Below are positions 19,499 to 29,719 of a DNA stretch of 29,986 nt, piece after piece (within the stretch, counting starts at the first letter, position 1; each line of letters begins with the position of its first letter). A program made the translations under genes and the position numbers. The stretch is from UHGV virus genome UHGV-0038722. One strand, given 5' to 3'. The notes under the pieces were generated by a model. The model was not told where the DNA came from and did no database searches. It saw nothing but the letters and a program-made list of their open reading frames with translations. The stretch is from a virus.

Positions 19499-19971
19499 AC
19501 CTCAATCTCTCTGACCGTTCCGCCTGCTTCTTTGAATTTTGCAATCAGGCTGTCAGCCTTATGCTCGAACTGACCATAACCAGCGCCCGGCAGTGAAGCC
19601 CAGATATTGCTGCAACGGTCAATTGCCTGACGAATATCACCACGATCAATCATCGGCAAAGCGCCACGCTCCTTAATCTGCTGCAATGCCACAGCGTCCT
19701 GGCTTTTCGGAGAGAAGTCTTTCAGGCCAAGCTGCTTACGGTAGGCATCCCACCAACGGGAAAGAAGCTGGTAGCGTCCGGCGGCTGTTGATTTGAGTTT
19801 GGGGTTTAGCGTGACAAGTTTGCGAGGGTGATCGGAGTAATCAGTGAATAGCTCTCCGCCAACAATGACGTCATAACCATGATTTCTGGTTTTCTGACGT
19901 CCGTTATCAGTTCCCTCTGACCACGCCAGCATATCGAGGAACGCCTTACGTTGATTATTGATTTCCACCAT
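19495..19971 (-). CDS. R: Endolysin R (lytic transglycosylase), lambda R-like
   Basis: 158-aa ORF essentially identical to lambda R from memory ([51 protein letters not shown]...). Confidence 0.95.
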   Translation of the reverse strand: MVEINNQRKAFLDMLAWSEGTDNGRQKTRNHGYDVIVGGELFTDYSDHPRKLVTLNPKLKSTAAGRYQLLSRWWDAYRKQLGLKDFSPKSQDAVALQQIKERGALPMIDRGDIRQAIDRCSNIWASLPGAGYGQFEHKADSLIAKFKEAGGTVREIEV

Positions 19972-20278
19972 CTTCTACTCCGGCTTTTTTAGCAGCGAAG
20001 CGTTTGATAAGCGAACCAATCGAGTCAGTACCGATGTAGCCGATGAACACGCTCGTTATATAAGCGAGATTGCTACTTAGTCCGGCGAAGTCGAGAAGGT
20101 CACGAATGAACCAGGCGATAATGGCGCACATCGTTGCGTCGATTACTGTTTTTGTAAACGCACCGCCATTATATCTGCCGCGAAGGTACGCCATTGCAAA
20201 CGCAAGGATTGCCCCGATGCCTTGTTCCTTTGCCGCGAGAATGGCGGCTAACAGGTCATGTTTTTCTGGCATCTTCAT
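19955..20278 (-). CDS. S: Holin S (lambda S107/S105 dual-start class I holin)
   Basis: 107-aa [42 protein letters not shown]... identical in pattern to lambda S; Met1-Lys2-Met3 dual start. Confidence 0.95.
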   Translation of the reverse strand: MKMPEKHDLLAAILAAKEQGIGAILAFAMAYLRGRYNGGAFTKTVIDATMCAIIAWFIRDLLDFAGLSSNLAYITSVFIGYIGTDSIGSLIKRFAAKKAGVEDGGNQ

Positions 20279-20402
20279 GTCTTACCCCCAATAAGGGGAT
20301 TTGCTCTATTTAATTAGGAATAAGGTCGATTACTGATAGAACAAATCCAGGCTACTGTGTTTAGTAATCAGATTTGTTCGTGACCGATATGCACGGGCAA
20401 AA

Positions 20403-20432
20403 CGGCATGAGGTTGTTAGCGCAACCTCATGC
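20403..20432 (-). other. Stable RNA hairpin in the late leader upstream of S
   Basis: Perfect 11-bp inverted repeat ggcatgaggtt / aacctcatgcc with 8-nt loop; followed on minus strand by GUUUUGCCC. Confidence 0.6.
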
Positions 20433-20569
20433 CACCCGCTTTCACGAAGCCAGCCATTGCGCTGGTTTTCTTTTATGCAAAGCACACCGCACCGTAGCCA
20501 CAGCGGATAAGGTGATTATTTTTGTCTGTCTGGTATTTGGTTTGATGTGCTTTCAGAAAGGCCGTGCTT

Positions 20570-20606
20570 AAAACGCAAAAAGCCCCGAGCTATTAACTCA
20601 GGGCTT
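20570..20606 (-). terminator. tR'-like rho-independent terminator of the short pR' transcript
   Basis: Minus-strand hairpin agcccugag-uuaaua-gcucggggcu followed by UUUUUGCGUUUU. Confidence 0.8.
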
Positions 20607-20632
20607 TATTTAACGAGTGCATTTATCCATCG

Positions 20633-20669
20633 TTGAGTCAAATTTACCCAACTTTATTCAAAAAGTCAA
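20633..20669 (-). promoter_or_regulatory. Late promoter pR' with qut region
   Basis: Minus strand -35 TTGACT (20664-20669), 17-bp spacer, -10 TAAATT (20641-20646), then ACGATGG initial transcribed sequence as in lambda pR' (from memory); directly downstream of Q. Confidence 0.75.
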
Positions 20670-20711
20670 TATCATGCCGTTAATATGTTGCCATCCGTGG
20701 CAATCATGCTG

Positions 20712-21335
20712 CTAACGTGTGACCGCATTCAAGATATTGTCTGCGATTGACTCTTCCTTGTGGCATTGCACCACCAGAGCGTCATACAGCGGCTTAACAG
20801 TGCGTGACCAGGTGGGTTGAGTAAGGTTTGGGATTAGCATCGTTACAGCGCGATATGCGGCGCTTGCTGGCATCCTTGAATAGCCGACACCTTTGCATCT
20901 TCCGCACTCTTTCTCAACAACTCTCCCCCACTGCTCTGTTTTTGCTATATCAACCGCGCGGCCTGTACCGTGGCAATCTCTGCATCTTGCCCCCGGCGTC
21001 GCGGCACTACGGCAATAATCCGCATAAGCGAATGTTGCGAGCACTTGCAGTACCTTTGCCTTAGTATTTCCTTCGAGCTTTGCCACACCACGGTATTTCC
21101 CCGATACCTTGTGTGCATATTGCATCAGATAGTTGATAGCCTTTTGTTTGTCGTTCTGGCTGAGTTCATGCTTACCGCAGAATGCAGCCATTCCGAATCC
21201 GGCTTGTGATTGCGCCATCCCCATAGCAGCCATCACATCAGTACCGGAAAGAGAGTCAGAAGCCGTGGCCCGTGGTGAGTCGCTCATCATCGGGCTTTTT
21301 GGCGAATGAAATTTAGCTACGCTTTCGAGTCTCAT
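20712..21335 (-). CDS. Q: Late antiterminator Q (lambda Q type)
   Basis: 207-aa ORF MRLESVAKFHSPKSPMMSDSPRATASDSLSG... matches lambda Q nearly residue for residue from memory. Confidence 0.95.
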   Translation of the reverse strand: MRLESVAKFHSPKSPMMSDSPRATASDSLSGTDVMAAMGMAQSQAGFGMAAFCGKHELSQNDKQKAINYLMQYAHKVSGKYRGVAKLEGNTKAKVLQVLATFAYADYCRSAATPGARCRDCHGTGRAVDIAKTEQWGRVVEKECGRCKGVGYSRMPASAAYRAVTMLIPNLTQPTWSRTVKPLYDALVVQCHKEESIADNILNAVTR

Positions 21336-21520
21336 CGTCTTCCCCTCTTGCCCTGTTTGACCATCAGGACGCCGTTAACTATTACGTGACGCTCGCCTTT
21401 GCTGTCTCGGTTGTACTTGAGCACTGTTCCTCTTGCGCAGGAAAGCATCCTCGCCACTTCGGTCTGATTTCCTCGTGTCTGGATAAGCAGTTCTGGTATC
21501 GTTTGAATTGTGGCGTTCAT
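21332..21520 (-). CDS. ninH: NinH-like protein
   Basis: 62-aa ORF; IPELLIQTRGNQTEVARMLSCARGTVLKY resembles lambda NinH; immediately upstream of Q. Confidence 0.7.
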   Translation of the reverse strand: MNATIQTIPELLIQTRGNQTEVARMLSCARGTVLKYNRDSKGERHVIVNGVLMVKQGKRGRR

Positions 21521-21879
21521 ACGCTCTCCAGTTCGGTGATTTTTATTCCAAGCCGTCCGCCTGGTACTTTCACACCACGAATTACGCGAATGTCATCGAA
21601 TTGCTCGTCGTCTTCCGCAAATCCGGCGTGGATAAGGGAGTCGAGTAAACCTTTCAGGATATTGTCGAGGTCTCGGCGGCGGGAGTCTGGAACGTCTGCG
21701 ATGACTTTGATGCGGAGTCGTGATTTGGTGAAAATGTCTAACTTAAGTTGGCGGATGATTTGCTGAACGTCTTTTCGGTATTTCTGGCCTTTATCGCTGA
21801 TGTAGTATTGGCTTCCCCGTCTTCGCCAGTAGGTGTTCACCGACGGCGGGTATGGAAGCACAAACTGATATTCGTTCAT
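21517..21879 (-). CDS. rusA: Holliday junction resolvase RusA
   Basis: 120-aa ORF; motifs LPYPPSVNTYW, PDSRRRDLDNILKGLLDSL, GGRLGIKITE match RusA family. Confidence 0.9.
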   Translation of the reverse strand: MNEYQFVLPYPPSVNTYWRRRGSQYYISDKGQKYRKDVQQIIRQLKLDIFTKSRLRIKVIADVPDSRRRDLDNILKGLLDSLIHAGFAEDDEQFDDIRVIRGVKVPGGRLGIKITELESV

Positions 21880-22166
21880 GACTTAATCTTCCCCTCCTTC
21901 AGCAGTATCGCCTGCGTCCTGATCACGCCTTCGAGGTGGTAAAGTCTGGCGTCTTTGTTGTCGAGATTATGGGTGCGTCGGTCGATTTCATCGTGACACG
22001 CACTACAAGCCCATGCACCGATCAGGTCGTCAGGCTTCATTCCCGTTCCGCAAATTCCAGCCATCCGGTAATGTGCCAGAACTGTAGTTTCAGGGTTGCC
22101 ATTGCATACGCCGTAAATACGTACCTGGCATTCTCTGCCGCGCGCTTCTTTGCGTAGGTTAGCCAT
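21876..22166 (-). CDS. ybcO: YbcO-like (DUF1364) putative nuclease
   Basis: 96-aa ORF; ARGRECQVRIYGVCNGNPETTVLAH...CSACHDEIDRRTH matches DLP12 YbcO from memory. Confidence 0.8.
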   Translation of the reverse strand: MANLRKEARGRECQVRIYGVCNGNPETTVLAHYRMAGICGTGMKPDDLIGAWACSACHDEIDRRTHNLDNKDARLYHLEGVIRTQAILLKEGKIKS

Positions 22167-22888
22167 TAAGCAGCCTCCCCTGTTACTTTCAGCATTCCGC
22201 TATAGAGCAGCCTTCTGGTCAGCCACTGTTGACCACGCCCGGTGATTTTTGTGGTGAACGATATCTGTATTCCGTGATTTGTGTTGAACGCTATTTCTTT
22301 CACTGTGAAATAGCCGCGATCAATATATTCCTGCATTGGCACATTGCGCCGGGAACCTGAAGCAATAAGGATTTTGTGATCGCGCATCCACGCAAACAGT
22401 TTATTTGGACCAATTCCAGCAACCTTTGCAAAGTTTCCAATCAAAATTCCACTGGCCTCGCCAACGCGATCGGCAAACTCAACTTTAGGTGCGGCAATTG
22501 CGAGCTGGTTTTCCAGTTGCATTTTCTGCTCAGCAAGATCAGCAGCAAGGCGCAACGCTTCTGGTAGCGTTTTGGGGATATTAACCGCAGCTTCTTCAAG
22601 CTCTCGCCAGCGGTCAACAAGGCGAGCGGTGAATTCCGGAGACAACTGGGCAACAACGACAATACTGTCTCGCTTACCTTGTTCGCCTTCGAAGACGTAA
22701 TGCTCGTACTGAACATTGAACCCTAAGTTATTGATTCTTTCGGAAACCTCAATTTGAGGAAGCCGGATAACACCATTTTTAGCCAGCGTTTCGATGGTAC
22801 GTTTCACATTGTCATGACGCTTACCAACCAACTCAGCGATTTCAATGCTTGTCATTTTGATGGCATTGCCATTTATTAACTCATTCAT
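22166..22888 (-). CDS. Rha-family phage regulatory protein / Roi-like DNA-binding protein
   Basis: 240-aa ORF; N-terminal TSIEIAELVGKRHDNVKRTIETL resembles Rha/Roi N-terminal domain; C-terminal antirepressor-like domain. Confidence 0.6.
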   Translation of the reverse strand: MNELINGNAIKMTSIEIAELVGKRHDNVKRTIETLAKNGVIRLPQIEVSERINNLGFNVQYEHYVFEGEQGKRDSIVVVAQLSPEFTARLVDRWRELEEAAVNIPKTLPEALRLAADLAEQKMQLENQLAIAAPKVEFADRVGEASGILIGNFAKVAGIGPNKLFAWMRDHKILIASGSRRNVPMQEYIDRGYFTVKEIAFNTNHGIQISFTTKITGRGQQWLTRRLLYSGMLKVTGEAA

Positions 22889-23051
22889 CGTCTTCTTCCT
22901 CGTACATTGAGCTATTCGGATCGCTCATCAGTTCTGCGCAGCAGTGCTCACACATGTGAACTTCCAGCACATGCAGCTTCTGACCGCAGTTAGCGCACGT
23001 TAAAGCTCGCTCGACGCTTTCTTGTTCGTAACTTCGATTTGGGTCAATCAC
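22881..23051 (-). CDS. ninF: NinF-like small protein
   Basis: 56-aa GTG-start ORF (below track cutoff; hand-translated [56 protein letters not shown]); GAGG SD; overlaps ninE stop (GTGA) and roi start. Confidence 0.65.
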   Translation of the reverse strand: MIDPNRSYEQESVERALTCANCGQKLHVLEVHMCEHCCAELMSDPNSSMYEEEDDE

Positions 23052-23230
23052 CTTGTTTTCCTCGCACGTTCTCTAAGCCACCGGATATCCCACAGGTGAG
23101 CCGTGTAATTGAAGGTTTTTACGTCAGATTCTTTTGGGATTGGCTTGCGTTTATTTCTGGAGCGTTTCGTTGGAAGGTATTTGCAGTTTTCGCAGATGAT
23201 GTCGGTGATACTTCGTCGCTGTCTCGCCAC
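23048..23230 (-). CDS. ninE: NinE
   Basis: 60-aa [55 protein letters not shown] matches lambda NinE from memory. Confidence 0.85.
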   Translation of the reverse strand: MARQRRSITDIICENCKYLPTKRSRNKRKPIPKESDVKTFNYTAHLWDIRWLRERARKTR

Positions 23231-23370
23231 ACGTCCTCCTTTTCCTGCGGTAGTGGTAACACCCCTGTTGGTGTTCTTTCACATCGGAGACACCATCGAT
23301 TCCAGTAAGGTTGATTTGGTCGGAAGCGGTTATCTTCTTTGCATTCACCGCACCGATAACATCGCATCAT
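23119..23370 (-). CDS. ninD: NinD-like zinc-finger protein (overlaps ninE in another frame)
   Basis: 83-aa [34 protein letters not shown]; start overlaps ninC stop; 3' third overlaps ninE. Confidence 0.6.
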   Translation of the reverse strand: MMRCYRCGECKEDNRFRPNQPYWNRWCLRCERTPTGVLPLPQEKEDVWRDSDEVSPTSSAKTANTFQRNAPEINASQSQKNLT

Positions 23371-24239
23371 GCAGCCTCCCTCCCGAAGTCGAAATCAAGC
23401 TGCCCTCCAAATATTTCGCATGACTCAGAACAAGAGCCGGTATCGAATCTTTTAGCTCGTACCATGTCCTGATACAGGGCTTGATAATCATTTTCTGAAT
23501 ACATTTTCGCGATACCGTCCAGCGACATTCTTCCTCGGTACATAATCTCCTTTGGCGTTTCCCGATGTCCGTCACGCACATGGGATCCCGTGATGACCTC
23601 ATTAAAAACACGCTGCAATCCCTCCTCATCTTTGCAGGCAAGTCCGATTTTTTGCGTTGATTTTTTAATGCAGAATATGCAGTTCCCGAGATGTTCCGGT
23701 ATTTGCAAATCGAATGGTTGTTGCTTCCACCATGCGAGGATATCTTCCTTCTCAAAGTCTGACAGTTCAGCAAGATATCTGATTCCAGGCTTTGGCTTTA
23801 GCCGCTTCGGTTCATCAGCTCTGATGCCAATCCACGTGGTGTAATTCCCTCGCCCGAAATGGTCATCACAGTATTTGGTGAAGGGAACGAGTTTTAATCT
23901 GTCAGTGCAGAACGCGCCGCCGACGTATGGAGTGCCATATTTCTTTACCATATCGATAAATGGCTTCAGAACAGGCATTTTCGTCTGAATATCCTTTGGT
24001 TCCCATACCTTATAACCATTTGACTGTCCAAGCTCTGGGTTGATATCAACCTGCAATACAGTGAGCGGTATATCCCAGAACTTCACAACTTCGCGGATAA
24101 ACCGATATGTCATCGGGTGTTCACAACCTGTATCCATGAAAACGTAATGCACGTCTTCACCTGCCTGTCGCTTTTGCTCCATTAGCCAGAGCAAATATGC
24201 TGACGTCCTGCCACCGGAGAAACTAACGACATTTATCAT
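23367..24239 (-). CDS. ninC: NinC (PAPS reductase-like / phosphoadenosine phosphosulfate reductase family)
   Basis: 290 aa from [24 protein letters not shown]...; matches lambda NinC from memory; PP-loop SGGRTS; ATGA overlap with ninB. Confidence 0.9.
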   Translation of the reverse strand: MINVVSFSGGRTSAYLLWLMEQKRQAGEDVHYVFMDTGCEHPMTYRFIREVVKFWDIPLTVLQVDINPELGQSNGYKVWEPKDIQTKMPVLKPFIDMVKKYGTPYVGGAFCTDRLKLVPFTKYCDDHFGRGNYTTWIGIRADEPKRLKPKPGIRYLAELSDFEKEDILAWWKQQPFDLQIPEHLGNCIFCIKKSTQKIGLACKDEEGLQRVFNEVITGSHVRDGHRETPKEIMYRGRMSLDGIAKMYSENDYQALYQDMVRAKRFDTGSCSESCEIFGGQLDFDFGREAA

Positions 24240-24676
24240 GCAGCCCTGTCTCCCCATCTCGCTTTCCACTCCAGAGCCAGTCGCGCTTCGTCTGACCACT
24301 TAACGCCACGCTCTGTACCGAATGCCTGTATAAGCTCTAATAGCTCCGTAAATTCGCTTACACGCATCCTGCTGGTTGACTGGCCTATTACCACAAAGCC
24401 ATTCCCGGCAAGGTTAGGAACAACATCCTGCTGCTTTAATGCTGCGGTAAACACACACTTCCAGCTTTCTGCATCCAGCCAGCGACCATGCCATTCAACC
24501 TGACGAGAGACGTCACCAAGGCAAGCCCAAAGCTTTCGATTCTGGTCTAAGCTGCGGTTGCGTTCCTGAATGGTTACTACGATTGGTTTGGTTGGGTCTG
24601 GAAGAATTTGCTGTACCGCGTGAATAGCGTTTTGCTGATGTGCTGGAGATCGAATTTCAAAGGTTAGTTTTTTCAT
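24236..24676 (-). CDS. ninB: NinB recombination protein
   Basis: 146 aa from MKKLTFEIRSPAHQQNAIHAVQQILPDPTKPIVVTIQERNRSLDQNRKLWACLGDVS...; matches lambda NinB from memory. Confidence 0.9.
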   Translation of the reverse strand: MKKLTFEIRSPAHQQNAIHAVQQILPDPTKPIVVTIQERNRSLDQNRKLWACLGDVSRQVEWHGRWLDAESWKCVFTAALKQQDVVPNLAGNGFVVIGQSTSRMRVSEFTELLELIQAFGTERGVKWSDEARLALEWKARWGDRAA

Positions 24677-24690
24677 GACTTCCCTCTCCC

Positions 24691-24724
24691 CCAAATAAAA
24701 AGGCCTGCGATTACCAGCAGGCCT
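24691..24724 (-). terminator. tR2-like rho-independent terminator upstream of the nin region
   Basis: Perfect 8-bp stem aggcctgc / gcaggcct with 8-nt loop, followed on minus strand by UUUUUAUUUGG, then ninB SD. Confidence 0.75.
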
Positions 24725-24749
24725 GTTACAAGCTCAGTGATGTAGATGG

Positions 24750-25019
24750 TCATTGCTTCATCTCCCTTTCCATTTCATCAATGTCAACGTCATCAGGAAG
24801 ATGGGAGCAATACGCCGCTATACCATGATGATTTATCTCATACCCTTTGAACGTTACCATCTGGCGCGTAATCTCAACTTCGTTCAGGAATCCGTCATCG
24901 CATAACTGCCTGGCTATTTTCGATTTGGTCTGGATTATTGGTAGTGCCTGTTCTTTCAAAGCGCATGATATTTGTGCATCCCATGCCTTTTCGAGAATGG
25001 CTAATTGTTTTTTATTCAT
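24750..25019 (-). CDS. Hypothetical protein at the ren position
   Basis: 89-aa ORF, ATGA overlap with helicase stop; no family recognised. Confidence 0.5.
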   Translation of the reverse strand: MNKKQLAILEKAWDAQISCALKEQALPIIQTKSKIARQLCDDGFLNEVEITRQMVTFKGYEINHHGIAAYCSHLPDDVDIDEMEREMKQ

Positions 25020-26470
25020 CAGAATCCTCCTTTCTTCTTGGACTGCGGTTCCTCGCGTTCACGGCGGCGCATTTCAGCAGACTGTTGGTCTGTGTCATAA
25101 ATAGCGCCATTTGCCTGAATGCAATACACCGTGCCGGTATTGCCATGACGATTGAGGCGAAGGATTAGTTCGGTTTCACCAGGAGGAACGCTGTCATCAA
25201 AAGCACCTTCACGATGGATCCCCACCCAATAATCGCAATCCTGTTCAATCTGCCCTGTATCTCGTGAGTCACTTGGTAATGGGCGTTTATTGGTTCGGCT
25301 TTCCAGTGCGCGGTTAAGCTGTGTCAGAAGCACAACAACGCAATCAAGCTCTTTGGCAAGGTTCTTCAGTCCTTTGGTGATCATGCCGTAAGCAAGGTCG
25401 TTGCGATCGGCCTTTTCAGCGGTCATTAGTGTCAGGTAATCGACCAGAATCATGCCAACACATCCTTTTTCTCGCTTGATTCGACGGCTTTCGCTGACGA
25501 TTTGAGCCAGAGATAATCCCGGCGTGTCGTCGATGTAAAGCAGGTCGATTTCACTCAAGCGATTGGCTGTTTCGATCGCCCTGTTGAAGTCACCATCGTA
25601 ATCACCCTGATAGCCGTCATCAGCGTCATTTGTCGCCGGAAGGTAAAAAATATTCGGGTTAACACCTGACTTCTGTCCCACCAGTTTTTCCAGTATCTGG
25701 TCACCTGGCATTTCAAGGCTGAACATCAGAGCGGGCTTTTTCTCATGCACTGCGCAGTTGATTGCCATCTGGCTGTATAGCGTCGTTTTCCCCATCTTAG
25801 GGCGAGCGCCAATGACAAACAGAGAGCCTTTCACCAGACCTTTCGGTGACAGCATCCTGTCCAGCGATGGGATCCCTGTGCTCATTCCTCGTTGTTCGCC
25901 TGACGGGTCAAATCGCTTCTCAAGGTCGCTAACCCAGTCTTCCATGACCTCACCAAATGAGCGAAGGCCGCGACGCGATCCGGTTTTTGCATGGTCTGTC
26001 AGTTGCGTGAAAATCGCCTGAATAGCTTCGTACTTCTGCGTTGCAGTCATTCCGTTGCGGGAATAGAGCAATTCCGTCGCTTCAGTCATGCGGTTGATGG
26101 CGTAGCGTTCCATTGCGGTTTCACGAACCTGCATTGCATAGGCAACGATGTTTGCTGCGCTTGGCGTGTTCTTTGCGATCTCAGCGATATAAGCAAAACC
26201 GCAAACAGACGCCGTTAACGATTTGCGCTCCAGTTCATCGAAAAGCGTCAGGCCATCTACTGGCTTTTGCTCCCGGTGCATTCTGGTTATTTCTTCGAAA
26301 AGGATTTTGTGTGGTCGGCTGTAAAATGAATCAGGCTTCAGCATCGCCAGAACTTTCTGGACGCGCTCACTGCTGTCATCATCCAGAAGCAATCCACCAA
26401 TCACCGCCTGCTCTGCCTCGATGCTATGGGGCGGCGCATAAAAATTATCGGTCATCGTGTTCACCCTCAC
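25019..26470 (-). CDS. Replicative DNA helicase, DnaB-like (P22 gene 12-like)
   Basis: 483-aa ORF; DnaB N-terminal SIEAEQAVIGGLLL; Walker A GARPKMGKTT; alternative start MTDNF at 26455. Confidence 0.9.
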   Translation of the reverse strand: MRVNTMTDNFYAPPHSIEAEQAVIGGLLLDDDSSERVQKVLAMLKPDSFYSRPHKILFEEITRMHREQKPVDGLTLFDELERKSLTASVCGFAYIAEIAKNTPSAANIVAYAMQVRETAMERYAINRMTEATELLYSRNGMTATQKYEAIQAIFTQLTDHAKTGSRRGLRSFGEVMEDWVSDLEKRFDPSGEQRGMSTGIPSLDRMLSPKGLVKGSLFVIGARPKMGKTTLYSQMAINCAVHEKKPALMFSLEMPGDQILEKLVGQKSGVNPNIFYLPATNDADDGYQGDYDGDFNRAIETANRLSEIDLLYIDDTPGLSLAQIVSESRRIKREKGCVGMILVDYLTLMTAEKADRNDLAYGMITKGLKNLAKELDCVVVLLTQLNRALESRTNKRPLPSDSRDTGQIEQDCDYWVGIHREGAFDDSVPPGETELILRLNRHGNTGTVYCIQANGAIYDTDQQSAEMRRREREEPQSKKKGGF

Positions 26471-27344
26471 GAACTTTCAGGTAGGTATTGTCGTTAAGCA
26501 GGAAATCAAATCCCTTTTTGTGCCAGACGGTTCCGCGTTGATGGTTTGGACGCTCTTCGAACATCCATCGGCAATTTTCGCCTACGTAGCTCAAATAATT
26601 TCTCCAGTCCTGCATCGTGAAACCATGCCCGTCAAGCTGTCGGGTTATCACTCCGGCTTTGCGCCAGAACGTTCGGATCTGGTTTTTACGCTTGTCATTC
26701 AGTGCGCGGATTTTTGGCGCTTCAGGAAGGATTTCGTGGTAAGCATCGACAACATCCTGACAGCTAACGGAAGGTTTTTTCTTGTCAGACTTTTTGTCTG
26801 CTGCGGTACTCTCTAATACGTCAGTATTAGAGATAATATTATTATATTCTTTATCTGTGGTAATTTGCTGGTAATCTGCTGGTACAGTATTGCTTGCAGG
26901 CATTGGTATTGCTGGCTTTGAGGTGGTAATTTGCTGGTAATCTGCTGGTACAAAATTTGACTGATAATCGTCATATTTCTCTACCGAGAAAACTGAGAAT
27001 TTACCGTGTGAAACCCAGTCAATCATGCCGAGTTTTTTGAACTTTCTAAGCAGGTACTGAACGCGATCTGGTTTGAGTCCTGTTTCAAACGCCAGAGAGT
27101 TTCTACCGCCAAGTAGCTTCCCTCTGCCTACCAGAATTTCTCCTGCGTCAGTCATTACATACTCAGGCGTATGCTTTGCTTTGAGGATTAAGTGAACCCA
27201 CAGATGCGCAGCTTCTGCGTCCTTGTAAAACGGCACATCCATAATTTTACGGTGCAGCAAGGCATACCCCTTACCGCTGCTTTGATGCGGTTGTTGTAGC
27301 CTTCTGGCCTCTCTGGCTTCGGCTAGATTAGATATGTTACTCAT
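26445..27344 (-). CDS. Replication initiator, O-like (P22 gene 18-like), containing origin iterons
   Basis: 299-aa ORF upstream of helicase; internal protein repeat [10 protein letters not shown] x2 coinciding with DNA iterons. Confidence 0.8.
   Translation of the reverse strand: MSNISNLAEAREARRLQQPHQSSGKGYALLHRKIMDVPFYKDAEAAHLWVHLILKAKHTPEYVMTDAGEILVGRGKLLGGRNSLAFETGLKPDRVQYLLRKFKKLGMIDWVSHGKFSVFSVEKYDDYQSNFVPADYQQITTSKPAIPMPASNTVPADYQQITTDKEYNNIISNTDVLESTAADKKSDKKKPSVSCQDVVDAYHEILPEAPKIRALNDKRKNQIRTFWRKAGVITRQLDGHGFTMQDWRNYLSYVGENCRWMFEERPNHQRGTVWHKKGFDFLLNDNTYLKVREGEHDDR
26857..26952. repeat. Origin iterons: 30-bp direct repeat gtggtaatttgctggtaatctgctggtaca at 26857-26886 and 26923-26952, each built from a ~10-bp sub-repeat tgctggtaat
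   Basis: Direct repeats 66 bp apart inside the O-like gene, analogous to lambda ori iterons within O. Confidence 0.7.
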
Positions 27345-27483
27345 GACCTTTCTCCTTCTGCATCAGCTTCACTTTTTCCAACTCAGCCCGGAATCGACCA
27401 GGCTGCTTGAAGCTGGACAGGAAGCGATCACGTAGTATGTGTTTGTGAATTTTGTCCTGGTAAGGACTGAGTTGTTTTGTCAT
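27337..27483 (-). CDS. Small hypothetical protein between cII and O
   Basis: 48-aa ORF (hand-translated [48 protein letters not shown]); AGGAG SD 7 nt upstream; 3' end overlaps O start. Confidence 0.5.
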   Translation of the reverse strand: MTKQLSPYQDKIHKHILRDRFLSSFKQPGRFRAELEKVKLMQKEKGHE

Positions 27484-27517
27484 AATTACTCCTGTGGATT
27501 GATCCAGTCTTTCTACA

Positions 27518-27796
27518 TTAGGCCTCGAAGAATTCGCCGTTCTTCGGGGCTTTTTCTTTTGTCAGCATTCTGGCTACTTGCTTAGCCAGTTCCGCCAACT
27601 CCTCGTCTTCAACACCCCATTCAAGAACAGCCAGAAGCATTCCCATTTTGGGGATGAAGCTGTCTTTCCATCGCGAAATTTGCGATTCATTAACCCCTAA
27701 CGCGTCGGCAACCTTTCGCTGACCACGTACAGCAATTCGATTCAGGATGTTGCTTGTAATTGCATTCGCTTTCTTGCGAGTACTTGTAAGTTGCAT
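27518..27796 (-). CDS. cII: Transcriptional activator CII
   Basis: 92 aa from [44 protein letters not shown]...LLAVLEWGV resembles lambda CII; upstream CTAAGGAAATACTTACATATG as in lambda. Confidence 0.85.
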   Translation of the reverse strand: MQLTSTRKKANAITSNILNRIAVRGQRKVADALGVNESQISRWKDSFIPKMGMLLAVLEWGVEDEELAELAKQVARMLTKEKAPKNGEFFEA

Positions 27797-27875
27797 ATGT
27801 AAGTATTTCCTTAGATAACAATTGATTGAATGTATGCAAATAAATGCATACACCATAGGTGTGGTTTAATTTGAT

Positions 27876-27907
27876 GCCCTTTTTCAGGGCTGGGATGTGT
27901 AAGAGCG
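27876..27907 (-). promoter_or_regulatory. nutR site (boxA CGCTCTTAC, boxB GCCCTGAAAAAGGGC)
   Basis: Minus-strand boxA at 27899-27907 and boxB at 27876-27890 match lambda nutR from memory. Confidence 0.85.
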
Positions 27908-27915
27908 GGAATGTC

Positions 27916-29268
<1,353 letters not shown>

Positions 29269-29317
29269 TCCCCACCTCAATCTCGATAACCAAAAACAAA
29301 CTATTTTTCATTTAAAA

Positions 29318-29391
29318 ACAATGGAGTTTGTTTTTCACGCCCCTTTTTTACAATATTTCTTGTTTACAACATACAATCTTTCTTGTAATTT
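29318..29391 (+). promoter_or_regulatory. Left operator region OL (three 434-type 14-mers) with pL
   Basis: acaatggagtttgt (29318-29331), acaatatttcttgt (29350-29363), acaatctttcttgt (29373-29386); putative pL -35 TTTACA (29363-29368) and -10 TAATTT (29386-29391), 17-bp spacer. Confidence 0.75.
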
Positions 29392-29431
29392 TAAGCCATC
29401 AGCAGGACGCACTGACCACCATGAAGGTGAG

Positions 29432-29461
29432 GCTCTTAAAAATTAAGCCCTGAAGAAGGGC
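29432..29461 (+). promoter_or_regulatory. nutL site (boxA GCTCTTAA, boxB GCCCTGAAGAAGGGC)
   Basis: boxA at 29432-29439, boxB at 29447-29461; matches lambda nutL from memory. Confidence 0.85.
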
Positions 29462-29719
29462 AGCATTCAAAGCAGAAGGCTTTGGGGTGTGGTGAAGCCA
29501 GCTAGTCACTGGCAAGTGCTTACCTACTGTTGAGCGGTGAAGAGCTCCCAACGCTAGCAATAGCGTGGACGAGATGGGGAGCCGCGGGCGATAAGGCCGC
29601 CATAACGCGCACGTTGTCGCATGGAAAAATCGCTGGGGTGCCGGTTATACCCCTCCGAATGAGACTCAACAAGCTGGAGCTAGACTACCAGCCACCACAC
29701 CACCAAAGCTAACTGACAG

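Noticed and set aside
23345-23773. 142-aa minus-strand ORF
   Set aside because: Alternative frame inside ninC, whose own frame matches lambda NinC closely
26857-26952. Direct repeats considered as a possible CRISPR array
   Set aside because: Only two copies, inside a protein-coding gene, with iteron-like internal periodicity; fits a replication origin, not CRISPR
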